Of a DNA stretch of 64,000 nt, positions 39,701 to 54,700 are shown one piece after another. Origin of the DNA: Lytechinus pictus (Eukaryota); contig NC_087250.1 in NCBI RefSeq assembly GCF_037042905.1, positions 22,384,001-22,448,000 of the forward strand. The letters run 5' to 3'. The stretch's first letter is position 1, and every line of letters starts with the position of its first letter. The position numbers and the translations under genes are program-made. The notes below the pieces were generated by a model. That model saw nothing but the letters and a program-made list of their open reading frames with translations, searched no databases and was not told where the DNA came from.

Positions 39701-42700
39701 TTTGGTACTTTATGTACGGTTTCCATGTCAACACACTCAACATTGGCACAGGCATTGACGACGGGGTAACAGGTAATTTTCATTTTCAACCAGCCCTGAA
39801 AGGTGCACTACTTTCTTAGATTAATCTTCTTTAACTAAGATCACCATTCAAACCATTTTTACTTTGACATCGTTTAAAAACCGAATTTCTTGTTTTGGGG
39901 TTGTAATGAATATATATATATATATATTCATTACATTTGTCTATAAATGGAGTTTCCATATTTAAGTCATAACACTCAGTTATTCGTTTGCATGTTTTCT
40001 TGTTTAAATATCCAGTATATGTATTGAAATGAAATAGTTTATAAATGGCGGTCTTCTCCTACCTCCTCTCCTTCTTCTTCATCTCCTTTTCTCAGATGGG
40101 GGAATATTGTGGACGCGCACAGGGGAGCAAGGATACCAATGGGTGCATGGTCAGGTACCCTTTGCTACCAATGCCATCTACCAGAGGGTATATATTGAGG
40201 GCGTGGCCGGGGATGGTTACCAAGGTGACATAGCCATTGATGACGTCATCATATCAGATGGGCCTTGCCCCGAACTTTGTAAGTAAAAGATTATTTTGAA
40301 TCTTACTGAGTTCACTGCCAATATCCATATACCTGTTTCACTGCAGAATGCATTAGTATTATAGCTTGTGCACTTAATAAATATAATGCTATTGTCATCT
40401 TATTATATTCACTCATTTGTCTTAACATGGCCATATTAAGCAATTAGAAAAGGTTATAGACCTGATTATATTCCCCCGTACTGCCTGAAGGCGGAAATTT
40501 TGTCTTCTAAATTTTGTTTGTTCCGAGAACTTCCGATATTGTGTGATGTATTATTACCCTATAACCTTTGAAAATCAAAGATATCTTTTAAGAAATGGCA
40601 TAATTAAAAGTAAAGGCATTTGAATAATATAGTAACAATATTGATTTTGATATTGACATCTTTTGGGGGTAAGACGGGTGAACCCTTTTCTTTTGAAATC
40701 ATTCCCTTTTGCGATTTTATAACTAAACCACAGATCCCATTTCATTTGTGTCCCTCTCAAACATACCCATTGTTTAAAGCATTAAAAACAATAAAATAAC
40801 ACAAAAATGTCGAGAGGAACTCATTGGTCCATATTCAGAAGTAATGTTTAAGTTAGACTATGGTCTAAATCATTAAAAATATAATGAAAATGATTGTTTT
40901 TACATTGTAATTCTTTCTATGTTTACTGAGTTCTTTATCCATACGTGAATTGTATAGAAATCATTTGCGTTATTATTTTCACACAGTTTTAAATACTTAG
41001 ATTGCCAAATAAGCTGATAGATTCAACCTCATTTCCTAGAGACTTTTTGTCACAATTGGCTTTCCATAGTTGAAGCACAACTTTAGACCAGATTGTAGAA
41101 TACGGGTCATTCTGTTTAATTCTCCCCGCAGTGTTTTGTGACTTTGAAGACATCACCATCTGCAACTACGTGAATGACAACACTGATTCTCTTGACTGGT
41201 CCAGAGAGAATGGACGAGCGTCTATTGTTTTCACCCCTCCCATAGACCACACCCTGGGTACTAATGATGGTGAGTCAGTCAGTTTTCATGTCTGCTATTC
41301 TGGTACCTATTTAAATACAATCCAATCCAAAGGTATTTTGATATAGCGCCTTTTCCTGTCAGTTACAAAGCACTGTGCACACACTACTCCATGTTTGGGC
41401 CACTAAAACAATAATCAAACACCTCAGAATGGTCAGCTTAGTCCATGCAATTCATTGTCCTTTCAGCAAAATAGATGTGATTTAATCACATCTCGACAGT
41501 AATTATGAGCCAATGAGTTGCAAGCAATTCCACAGCCTTAAAAGTTGTCAGTGAAAATATAGGACTATTCATCATGTAACGATAAAGTACCACTGATTTT
41601 CATTTGTCTCTGAATTATTTCATTGTCATTCATTTATCGTGTAATTGCTGTCCTTGAATTTTTTGAAAAATATAAAGGAAGGGTGGGCACTTCTTGTAAA
41701 ATATGAAAGAGGGACAAGTTTGGAGGATTTCTAACTGAAATGAATGAGTTGCAGAATTGAGCTATAGCAGCAGGACTAGGATAATTGATTAACAAAAGAG
41801 TAGGGGTGTAGAAATTAACCAATATTTTCAAGCTCGTGGAATGGTCATAGTGACCGATCACAATTGATAATTTGTTTAATGCCAAAGAAAGGAAACATAC
41901 TTAACCAATATGCCCTTCATAATTACAATTTCTAGAGTCCTAATTTTGAGTTTGTTCGATGATTATCAGTCTTATGATGTAGCTTACCAATGCAATCTCA
42001 CCCATGCAGGATTTTATATGAGGGTCAACACCGGACAGCGCCCCCAAATTGGAGATAATGGTCGCTTATTATCACCTCCTTACCCCAAGCCATTGAGTGG
42101 TTACAGATGTGTTGAATTCTGGTATTCCTTAAGTGGTAAGTCATTTCTTGTGTGAATGATAAGAGAGACATGACGTATTTAAGAACATAGAAAACCTATT
42201 GTCAAATCCCCTTTTGGATAAAGAATAATCAGGAAGTCTTTTTCGAAACTTGGTGAAAAAAAGCAGCAATTGAGTGGTAAGTCGACCTCTTTTCTTGCAT
42301 GAACGATAATAGATAGGGAAATTTACTTCCACGACACTCGACGTATTTCAGAAGGTTTTTTTTGGTAAATGAATTATACGTGTCACGATTCTGTTTCTTA
42401 TCTATTCTCCATCCAGATATTTTTGGTATTTTCACTGTGCAAGCCCTTTATTATGATGACGCAGGCCAGCTCATGCCAAATTCAATAGGTCGAAGTTTTA
42501 CGGTGAGTTATTTATTTAATATTGATATTCCATAACATTGTGCCTTGCATGTATTACAGTTACATGTATATCTGTAGATAAGGATTGTTTGTGTTTAGAA
42601 CTTAACCATTACGTTACATTGTACTTCATGATGTATTATTGTTTAGGGAGGTTTAACACATTGTCCTTGGTTTCCCAATACAAGAATGCACTTTTCAGTC

Positions 42701-45700
42701 TTTCTTAATAAGTATTATTTTAGATAAAACAGATGGGACTCCATTGTAATTTTTTTTTATTAACGCAGTAGTTTTGTTGTGTATGGAATTGTATAAAGGA
42801 ATCTGTTTGTTCCTTGGCATATTTGTTGGAGTAATGATTGTTATATTATTATTATTAATCCCTTTGCAAATATTGTTATAATTGTCCTGTTTTCAAGCAA
42901 TTCAAGGTAATGCATATAAATTTTAGTAATCCTATATGTGTTTATGTTTCTTAATATGTCAAATACATATTTATAACTCTAAAATAAATATCTGTGTTTG
43001 ATTAAAATCATCATCTCCATAGCATACCATGTTATGAGAAACATTTGTGTTTATTTTGGTATTTTTATGAACCTATATATTTGCAGGACCCTACATCAGG
43101 ATTCTGGCGGAAGGGATCTCTAGAAATATCTTCTACCTACCAGAATATCTTCACCTTCAAGGTGGACGTCCAGTCTGCTCTCTTGGATGAATATATTGCA
43201 TTGGATGATGTCAAGGTCAATGATGGCCAGTGCACTGGACAACCAGGTCTGACCTGTCTATTTACTAATTTATTCATTTGTTTGCTTATGTATTTACTCA
43301 TTCATTTAGTTAGTTATCTCTATATTTATTTAATAGTAGAGCAGTAGTAGAAGTAGTTGTATTAAGAATAGTAGTACTTAGTATAATAGCAGCGACAGTA
43401 GTATTAATATTAATAGTATTAGTAGTAGTACTAATAGCAGTTGTAGTATGAATAGTAGCAGTAGTAGTAGAAAAATAAGTAGTAATAGAAGTAGAAGTAA
43501 TTGTATTAATAATAGCAGGCAGAGGCCGCATAAACGGGGGGGGGCGGGTTGGGTTAGCCCACCCCCTTACAATCTTTTGCATGCTCAGCCCCCCCCCCTT
43601 CAAAGCCGGTCCACGGGCCTTAGTAGTTGTAGTAGTAGTAGCAGTAGTAGTAGTATTAGCAATACTAGTAGTAGTGATAAAAATGCTTGAAGAGTGTACT
43701 TGGGCTTTACAATGAATTAAAAGTACTCTCTGACTTTTGATCTCTTTGTCATTTTACTCTCTATAAATTTATTTTGCTAGGAACTTGCAATTTCGAGGTC
43801 GACACTTGTGATTGGTCCAACGTCCAAACCGGAGACGAGATAGACTGGTTACGTCACAGTGGGTCAACCGGAAGTGCGTACACCGGACCGACCTTTGACC
43901 ACACCACTGGGACGCCCTCTGGATGGTACATGTATATTGATTCAACCCGCGGCGGGCAGGGAACCCGTGCAAGGTTTGAGTCTTCAAGTATAGATGCGAG
44001 CAACGGAGTGGCATGCTTTTCCCTCTGGTACCACATGGTGGCAAGTGGCTCTAACTTTGGAACTTTGAATGTAAGTATATATTGCTTTGTGAAGGAGAAG
44101 AAAGATTAGGTTCCATAACATAAAGCTTACCAATCATTGTAGAACATTCTTTTTTAGACTGAATGCGTTGAATACAATGTACAAACAATGATGAAAATCA
44201 AGCATAAGATTAATCACCAACACTTGTTTTCAGGAATCCTGATTCACTTTAAATGCTTGATAGTCCATATTCAAATATAACTGAAAAATATGTTGCAGCA
44301 TAAGAAACCCGATTGCAATATTGAGAATATATGTTTTGATGGAATTTTTTATGTGTGCTACTCTCAACTCTTGGGAGGTAAATGGTAGTTGCTAGCCAAA
44401 TTAGTTACTTTAATTTACTGAGCACTGGAACCGACATTTCAAGCTAAAATGTGGTAGCCCAGCCCTAGTAATAATTCAGCTTTGTTTCCTCTGGAAGAGA
44501 GGTTACATAAACTCAGCTAGTATTATTTCTATTGATATGTGTACATATAAAAATCTATTGAATGTTTTTCGATAAATATATCTCTTTTTGTCAAGGGATA
44601 TTCATCCAACTGTTAACGATTAGAGTAGAATGTAAATTGTTTATGAATTGCAAGGTTATATTCATTCTTTAAACTTATTTTTTTAATCTATTAAGGCTGT
44701 CATTGCTTTCATTTACAAACTGTGATTTTCTTTTGGTCATAATAGGTAGCATGGGAGACTGCTGATCGAACTGAAATATTACTGGCTTACACAGGGTCTC
44801 TACCTGACCAATGGAACTATGGGGAATTCAATCTCCAGACATCCACACAGTATAGGGTATGCTAAAAAAAACCTTGCTCTCTCATTTTTGTACTGTATCT
44901 CTGTCTCTCTTTCTCCCTTTTGTTCTCTATAACATGTCTAATCTAGGTATGCAGAAGAAAATATAGCTTCCATTGATGTCTCAGTGGTCTCTATTTGTCT
45001 TTTAGTATCTCCCATCACTTCTCTGTCTATTTCTCTCCCTCTCTCTCTCTCTCTCCCTTTATATATATCTTTATATATATATACAATGTTTTGAATAATA
45101 AATAAATACCTCTGTCAATGTGTTTTGTAGATCCTCATAGAGGGCGTCCTATCGGCCCAAGGTTCATCTGACATCGCCATTGATGATCTGATACTGTTCA
45201 ATGGAGCCTGTAGCGGACGGACCACGGAGCCTCCCTTCCCCTGTAACGACGGCTCACAGACTGTCCCAGGAAACCTGGTCTGTGACTGGTTCCCTGACTG
45301 CCAGGATGACTCCGATGAGGCTAACTGTGGTATGCAAAATAGAAAAATATCTGGGTGTTATAAAATAAATATTAACGATTGTTTTGGTGTTGATTTTTAT
45401 GATTGATGAATAATAATAATATTCCGCATTTTGATAGCGCTTAATACGTCGGAACGACGTCTCTAAGCGCTTTACAGACATATTATTACCCCGGTCCTTG
45501 GATCCTTGCATGCCCGCATACAATGTATGCACCTTCTCCACTCCCCGGGGAGCATTCCAACAAGAGTTCCGAGACTCAATTGCTAGGCATACTACATATA
45601 GGCTTTCACTTCCTACCGGGTACCCATTTAACACCTGGGTGGAGAGTGGCAAAGTGTGGATTAACGCCTTGCCAAAGGACGCTAGGACATGGTGGGATTC

Positions 45701-48700
45701 GAACACACGACCCTCTGATTACACACTATAACTGTTTTTTGTTTTTTGTTTTTTTATTTATTTACCTTTCGTGGGATGGAACACCCTATCAGCAAATGCT
45801 GTTTTTTCTAGGGGTTCATAACTGATGCAATCGATCGTAGAAATTAGCTCCCGAAATTGATCACTAAGCTTTATGTAATGGGCCCTTATGGACTTTATGT
45901 AATAGTGATTGATTGTGGGGCTCTTTATTACAATTGATCATACATAATAATCAGTGCATCGGCCCCACAATCAATGGCTAAGCTTAAAGTTACCGGGCCT
46001 TAGACACCTTTTTAAAGATGAAATTGATTTTGTTTCAATCCTTTATTTTCCTAAAGTAAGTAGTGTAGCATTAATTGATAAACAGATAAATTGCATAAAG
46101 CACACAAGGAGGCGAGAGCGTATGCCTAAGAGACCGTACTAAATGAGGTAAGACGATGGTTTGCAACCTTTTTACAAATCCATCCATCAATCTATATTTT
46201 TTTGATATCTTTTTAATCACTAAACTTTTGCAATGTAAATTGCAGTGATTCATATAATGTACTGAATGTTGAAATCGTTCTCCACATGTAATTTTTTCCC
46301 GCCATTCTGACCCAAATTACAGGTTCCTGCACATTTGAATCAGACCAATGCGGTTATACCAACGACCCAACAGGCCTGTTTCCATGGATACTACAGGGAG
46401 GATCGACCACGCCCCCTCCCAGCCTCCCCTTACCCAGCTCAGATCACACAACAGGGTCTGGTTACTATATAGTGGTAGACTACACTGCGCAGTCGCAGTC
46501 CAGTGACTACGCCAGGTTACAGGGACCGCTCATACAGGAGACGAGTGCGCGTTGCACCATGACCTTTTACTATGTCTTAAGTGGGCAAAGTAAGTAATTT
46601 TGTTATATATCTTATTTTCTGTCAATGACCTTTTATTATGTCTTAAGTGGACAGAGAACATTTTCCAGTATTATTAATCCTTAGTAATGCTCCTGATTGG
46701 ATATTAGTTTTTTGCATTGGTAACTCTACTGTGAACGTGGTAAATATGGAAGAATTTGTGCATACATGCTGAATTTTCTTTTGCCCATTTTTTAAAACTT
46801 TTTCAGGTGATTTAATGGTGTCTTTTAAATCCTCACCAAGCGAAGAGACGATCATCTATCGCCGATCAGAGCCACGAGGGACAGCCTGGCAGCAAGCTGT
46901 CCTATACACTGGTCGAATTCAATACCAACACATGGTATAGACTTGACTCTTATTTACCTTAGTATTATATATGTTAAGTTTAAATATGATGTAAAGTTCC
47001 TTATAAAGGTTCAATAAAGAATTGTTTTAAGGCTTGGTCCCACTGCACTTACGGATGCAGAGAGGATGTAAAACGGAAAAAAATTGTGCCATCCGTTGGA
47101 AATCGTTATGACTTATGTATCCATTGTGTGCTCTTTACATACATGTTTCATATGCTCTATATCCATTGAGCATCCGTCAACTGTGATTTCATTGTTCACT
47201 CATGTCTGGAGCGGATGACAACGGATGGAGCCACTCCAAAATTTAGCCTTCGGTTGTATCCGTTATGAGTACATTTTGTGTCCGTCGACCAGTGGGACCA
47301 GGACCAGTGGTGGTCGTAGTGGTTGTGGTGATAATGATGATGATGATGATGATGATGACAATGGTGATGGTTATGATCATGATGCATGATAATTATAATG
47401 ATGGTGATGAGATGCATGATGATTATAATGATGGTGATTACGATGATGATAATAAGGATAATGATGGTTATAATGATTGTGATGATAATTATTATGATGG
47501 TAATTATGATGGTGCTTATTCAGGTTATGCTGATGACAATGATAATACAGATGGGGATAAAACGAGATTTGCTGTGCCTCTATTACAGATCAACTTCCTG
47601 GCCCTTCCCAACCTCAGCAATCCCGGTATCATTGCCGTCGACGACGTTGCCTTTGTTAGCTGCTCGCTTCCTCGTCCAGAGACATCTTGCGATATCGATG
47701 AGTTCCGATGCTCCAACAGAGCGTGCATCAACCTTGAGTTCCTTTGTGATTACGATGATGACTGTGGCGACTATTCTGATGAACTTCAATGCGGTTCGTA
47801 TAAAGTGATATTATAGTTACTTTGCCATACCACTTTGAACTGCACCATCTAAAGTCCTAAACTTCCTTGTGTGAACCCATCATCCTTTGCCAGGGTGCAA
47901 CACTTATTAGTCTAAATTCATAATCAGTGCAAGAATGAATAGTTTCCTTTCATTCATCACACCATTCCAACCACAGTATTTGCCTGGAAATTGATTGTTT
48001 TTACTATGCCTCAGAGTATTCCTGTTCAGTGGACCATGCTATTTTTAAACCAAAATCACAATATATTTTGAATTTAAGAAATTAAAGGTTTATGAATTAG
48101 GACTATTCTCATGTACACTGTCCTTTGGCAGAATATTCATTGTGTTCAGAGTTTATTGCCCTTTTAACTGGCTGAAAAGTAATCCCCTCTCCAACAGAAT
48201 TAAACAAAAGCAATATAAAAACTAAACATATACAATGCATGATGACGATAATGATCATCCTGATGATAGTTTACAAGTCGACTGAGAAAGCGAAGGCTAA
48301 GGTCACCCTAGTACGTCAGCCGTAGTATTGACATAGGCCCTGGTAATTATGAATAACCAAGATGAAATTTTTTTTGTGATACAAAGGGTTTATCCAGTAA
48401 GTCCTCTTGCCTTTCACAGATCAGACTTAATATCATTAATTTTTATAGCGACCAAGCCAGTCAAAAGTGATGGTTATTGCGATCTTTCTATAACATTTTC
48501 ATCAAATTCTATTTTCTTAGATTCTACATCCTTCACGGGCCGATGCGATTTCGAGACCGATCTATGCTCCTTTGCCTCTCTTCCCGGAGACTTCGCTTGG
48601 ACTCGTACTTCAGCTGCTCTCGTCGCTGACCAGTCGTACGCCCCAACCAGGGATCATACTACGAATAATAAAGGAGGATTCTATCTGCTAGCGGATAGCT

Positions 48701-51700
48701 TAGGAAGGCAGAGGGGTGATGTTGCGAGGGTTGTATCCCCTGTGTTTGAATCGACAGGACTCATCACCACCTGTACTGTGAGTTTTAATTCTTTATTTCT
48801 ATTTTCCTCTCTGTCACTGTTATTCCTCAGTACTCTTCTGCTTTTTTTTCTTCGGATTTGATATTTTGGTTTTACTTTGAGATTCCTCCCTTATCATTTT
48901 CTTTTTCATCATTCCATTTTTAAATTATGTTTATATTCATATTCACTTCTGTCTCTCTCTCTTTTCTCCTTGTTCTTCATTCTGTTTTGTTTCTCTATCA
49001 CTTTAACTTGCTAAATTCCTTTTCTTCCTCTGCATCTATTATATTCTTCTTCCCATCCCCGACTGTTATTCTGATCATATTTCTATATTCTATTTTTCTT
49101 CATCTACCCTTCCGGTCTTTCTCTCTTCATATATGTCTCACAAAATCATCTTTCTGTATTACTTTTTTGTTGTTTTTTAATCCTTATATATTTTCAGTGA
49201 TACATAATGTACTCATAATGGTTGATGGAGCTTACTATCATGTTTTGCGATTGAAAAAAGAGTAATCACATTTTCACTTTGGTATTTGTCCCCAGATACG
49301 GTTCTTTTTCTCCGCCTTTGGCCCTGACGTCGGAGTATTCAATGTCTACACGCGGTACACAGTAGGAGGACCTTTGACGTTGTTACTAACTATTAGTAAC
49401 TACGCTATAGATAGTTTCACATTCTTTACCGAATCCATCATTACAAATGCCGACTATCAGGTTTGTATGTTTTCTTTCTTTCAAAGAACGGTTTTAATTG
49501 TCAGGCTATCTTTCTGCTGAATTCCATGGTTCCAATTTTTGTTCAAGTGCAGGTCGGGCAGATGTGTAATAGGGCAAATATTTTGAGGGAGCCGAGTTTT
49601 GTATAGGTGCTATTTTTTCTAAATAATTTTTTATCTGTTTCTATGATAATCTCAATAGATATTGTATGTAGAATATACTCTATGGTTATTGCTTATATCA
49701 AAATGTACAAACCAAAAATTATATCGTAATCATTGGAAATGGAAATTAACAAAATTAAGTTATAAAACTAGTTAAAATTGACGCTGATTTCTCAAAATGC
49801 AACCTTTTAATATTTTTCATTACAAAGGTGGTGATGGAGGCTGTGGTCGGCGACGGACAGAGCGCAACAATCGCCATCGACGACATCAGTTTCTTGAACT
49901 GCCCCCTTTCGGCTCAGACCTCCCTCCCCGGGGGCTCGACGCCCCCAATCCCCACAACCCCGCCAGCCTGTCCATCCCCGGGTGACTTCAGCTGTGGCGA
50001 AGGAACATGCGTACAGCAGGCTCAATTGTGTGATTTCATTGAGCAGTGTCCAAATGGAGCTGATGAAAGAATTTGCGGTTGGTTGTTATTTCTTTAGAAT
50101 TTATTCACACAGTGAAAGGGGAAGATTACCCTGGCCAAAAGCTTATTGTAAAAATAGAAAGAAAATAATAAAAAAATTTGATGAAGGTTTGAGGAAAGTC
50201 CATCAAAAATAAAAAAGCTTAAAATATTATTTTGATTATTTGATTTGTGACGTCATATGCAGGCAACTTTCCTACAGATATTATGGTAAAGAATAGATTG
50301 TATGTCATTTTCTCAGAAAATTGAAAATGGTTTTTATTGTACCTTCAATATATCAATACACAAATCAGTTCACACCTGCTCGTAATAAGAAAATAAAAGA
50401 TAAGTCATCACAAACTATTAAAGAATTAGATATGCATTTTATGTACATATCACATGGGGCAGCTGCTCGTTTATGATGTCACAAATCAAAAACTTGAAAT
50501 TCTACTAACGTTCTTAATCTATCATGGATTTTCCGGAAACCTTCACCAATATTTTATAACCTGGTGGATGTTTCATAAAGCTGTTCATAATTTACGAGTG
50601 ACCTTACAATTGACTTGTAATCCTTATTGTAATGTTATGTAGTATATATTTAACGTCCTGTTATCCTTTCAGTCATTCACCTTCACTTGTTTACAAACTC
50701 CCCCAATGTCATCTAAGAATTCCCAAACCCCAAATACCATTTAACTCCTAAATCTTGACCAAAAAGACCAACCCTCAGGGACGTCAGCTAACTTCAAGGA
50801 AGAAGTATGACTCACACTTCCAGCCCCAGTCACTTGCACAGAGCATCACCACACCCCTTATACCAGAAGAAGTTTGATAGACAGTTACCTGTAGACCAAT
50901 CAGATCAAGTTAAGATCACTCCCACCTTTATTGTTACACCCCCTGAACAAATGATATAAATAAGACTTCTTGATTATTAGAGGGATAGAATATACAGTAG
51001 AATACTAGACCGACACTCATCCACATAGACTGACTGACTTCAAGATTTCAAGACGTCCATCGAATATTAATTTAATTTCACAAACTCAATCTGATACTTT
51101 TAAATTATTTTATATTCATCGTCTCCTACTATATCTGAATCTTCATGTACTTCGAGCTGTAAACTGTAACTGATGATTAAATACACTGTGATTTTGAACT
51201 GTATAACTTTCTCTAAAGTTTCTTCATTACGCTTCCTTTCTTAATTATGATTACCGACCCCAACACGACAGTAAGTGATGCACACTAGATTTCCATTGGC
51301 GTTGATCCTCAGGAGGGGTCACCAGTAAACTGGTTGCAGCTGATCCTAAATAACTTGCTCATGGCTTTATGCACGACTAAGCCTTTAGCCTTCTTAAGGG
51401 CTACATAGTGTAATATAGAAAAAATCAGAACAGATTATTGGTCACAGTTATGAAATATGAATAAGAATATATAAATATAAATTTCTTCAAATTTCAATAC
51501 TAAGTTATGTCATTCAATGTAGTTATGTATTTATTAATGTATGAAATGGTTCTCTATTATTTTTTTTCTGCTGGAAATAGCATAGAATTTGAATTCGATT
51601 ATTGGTTATTTTATGTTTTCAGGGAACTGTGAATTTGACAATGATTTCTGTCGAGGAGATAACTTTGGATGGCAGCGAACTCTGGCGGGATCAGGTGGCG

Positions 51701-54700
51701 ATTCTTTGGACCGCGACCACTTCTACGATCCTCTCGGTATGATTCCATTGATACTTTCGTATCAAGGAGGGCTACAGGGGTATTAGGCTGACCCCGCCCT
51801 CCCCCTGTTGAGACTATTTTAATCTGAATTGAACAGAATTTAATTGTTTTTTTTTATTGAACATATAAAAAAATGTCACTGTCAACTATATTTACATCAC
51901 ATATAAACAAAAAATACTTGGTAATTGGAGCTATTAACATAATAGCAACATGCTAGCCATATAGCCCAAAATACTGTCCTTAATAGGACAATTATGGGCT
52001 AAATCACAAGTATTTAAGATTAGGAATAATGATTGAAATCAGGTTAATCTTTTATATATTCAGTGAAAACAATTTTCATTAGAGCAAATGCCATAGAGCT
52101 CTATATTTGTACAGGTCCAAATTGATACATAATATGTATTGGTCCACAATAAAAGCTTAATATTAAGGGTTATCCTTTCATCTTCTGGTGATAATAGTAT
52201 TTGATAAAATATGTTTTAGGATCATTCATAGAGAATTTAGCTTTTATCTCTTTTCATACACTTGTACTTCAACTCAATTTGCATCAGTCCTTTGAAATTG
52301 TTACATGTGTTTCTGAGTCCAAAATTTAATAAGCGAAATATTTATTGTAAGTCATTCCTTTAATTCCTCTCATTGGACTATCAGACCTCTGGCGGGGAGT
52401 GCCCAGTGTGCACCATTTGAAGAAACCGAGCTTTCTCTGCATTTACTTTTACGCACGACAGAGCAAGTTCATTATTTGTTTTATAAAATGGCAACACAGA
52501 AACAAATTCTTAAAAAGTTACAGTACAGTTTTGTTGGACTTCTCTCGGGACTTCTACCGCACTGGTCTGCTTGAGCGTGCAATGTCAATTTTCGTTGCAC
52601 ACTTTTTTGCACGACAGTGCAATGCACAAAAAAGTTGGATGTCATGTGACGCGTATTGGCCAATCGCGATGCTTGAAATGATACACCTATTTTATAAATA
52701 TATATATTGCACTTCTTTAACTCTATCATTTCCCAGTGCCTGGATGGTACCTCCAGAACATCTTTGGCTACAACTCCTTCGTGACCCCTGACCTTGGTCC
52801 AACGGGGTCAAGATGTCAGGTCACATTCTACTATTACATGAGCAGTGACCTGGAGCTGCTTGAAGTGAGGGCGTACCTTATCGACGGGGACCAGATCTTC
52901 CTGGTGAGGGGACCGGAGAACCCAGGCATGTGGCAGCAAGGGGTTGGGTATATCGGGCAGCATAATGGTAGAATACAGGTAAGAGACTCATGATAGATTG
53001 AATTGATAAATAAATTGAATTCATTTTTAAAGACCCACCTTTTAATTCCTGATATTATATGTATACTATTTTGTTATTTAGATTTATAAATGTTGTAAGC
53101 TCTTTAGTTATTCTTGTAGCTGCTGTAGATGGTATAAGTTTAGGTTATTATTTCATTGTAATGTGCATAGAGAATTAGGTATTAATTATTTTGCACTTGA
53201 TAAATCTAATATTATTTTTATTATTATATTCAATCCTTGAAACTCTTTGACAGCAGAATTCAGTTAAAGGTCCCGTTTCATAAAACTTGTTATAGTAGCG
53301 AATTTGCAATAAAATTTGAAGATTATTGAAATAACTTTATTGGCTTATGAGAAACTTGTTAAAGAAATAGTGCATTTGTATAAGTTTTTTATGAAACATG
53401 ACAAATATCTAATCCATTTAGCATCTGAATACAAGAACACCGAAGTCTTTATCCTGGCCGAATTGAATTATCTATGGGATACTGTTGCTCAATCATGAGT
53501 CTATCGTATGTGCAACATATATCCTAGAAACTTCATCCAAGCGGGCTTAAAATGGTCTCATTGGGCATACACAAAAATAATATCATTTTTCTTTATTTAC
53601 TTAAAATGAACTACCATATTCACATACTTAATCAAATTTATCTTGATATTGACTAATAGTCCAGAGCCAAAGGTATCACCTCACCCCCACCCCCCCCCCC
53701 TTTACGATTTCAGAGTTGTGGTTTGGGTGATCGCAAAGAACCTTTGCATCAAGGAAGGAAATTATGTGATCTTAAGGATTGCATAGCTTTGTCCAACTAA
53801 ATCTATTCATTTTATTGTTGTATGAACTAATTATCCTAATTTATGCATGAAATTAGATTTTATCCGGAAATAACGTTAAAGCCCCTCAAACTGCTGTTTG
53901 GGGGATTCGGTTCAAATCATGTGGAAAGCAATCAAATCAAAATACTTTAAGTGTATCATGCACAGGTATTCATGCACCTGTTATAAATCTGCCTGTTGTA
54001 CATCATGAACTTATTTTATGATTAATTTTAATGTTTTATATTGTTTTACAATGCATACTATGTTATTTGAATTATATTTGTTTTTTGGATGTTGAAATAA
54101 ATGAATTGAAATAAAATGTATTTCTTTGGGTTTTTTGTTTTTACATTTTGTCTTTATATTCTTTCTAATGGAAATTATGGGCATTTATGAATCTAAATGT
54201 TCCTCCTTTTGTCTCACAGGTGAGCTTTGATCATGTTTATCTGAATCCTGTCCAGCCTACCACATACACTGTTGCCTTAGACGGTATCTCCTTCCTTAAC
54301 TGTGCTGCTAGTCAAACTATTTCATCAGGTAGGCCAAGTGGTTTCTTAAAATGTTGATTCAGTTGGATCTGGGCCCCATTTCATTACGAGTTACAATCAA
54401 TGGCATTCTGATGGAGGGCTTGAGAGGCCATGGACCCCCAAAAATGTTCACAACCAATAAAAGAGGAGAAAGGAAAGAGAAAATGATAAAATGTTGTATT
54501 ATTTTCTGAATAACATGTCAAAATCTATCGCTAATATATTTTTTTGGGATTATAAAAAGGTCAAAAGATTTTCTCAAAAAAAAATTTCTGCCATGTCTGG
54601 CCCCCTCAACATGTTGGGCTTAATATGCCACCAGTTATCACTATTGTAACTTTGCCATTATTTTGGCAACCACCATAATTACATGGCTCAGTAGCCAATC

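Noticed and set aside
47196..47588. Poly-Met/Asp/His ORFs
   Set aside because: Translation of an (ATG)n microsatellite; only 47589-47793 is coding.
51652..51660. RGD integrin-binding motif in M17 (others in exons 17 and 49)
   Set aside because: A few RGDs in ~3,500 G/D-rich residues can arise by chance, and the positions are not equivalent among domains.
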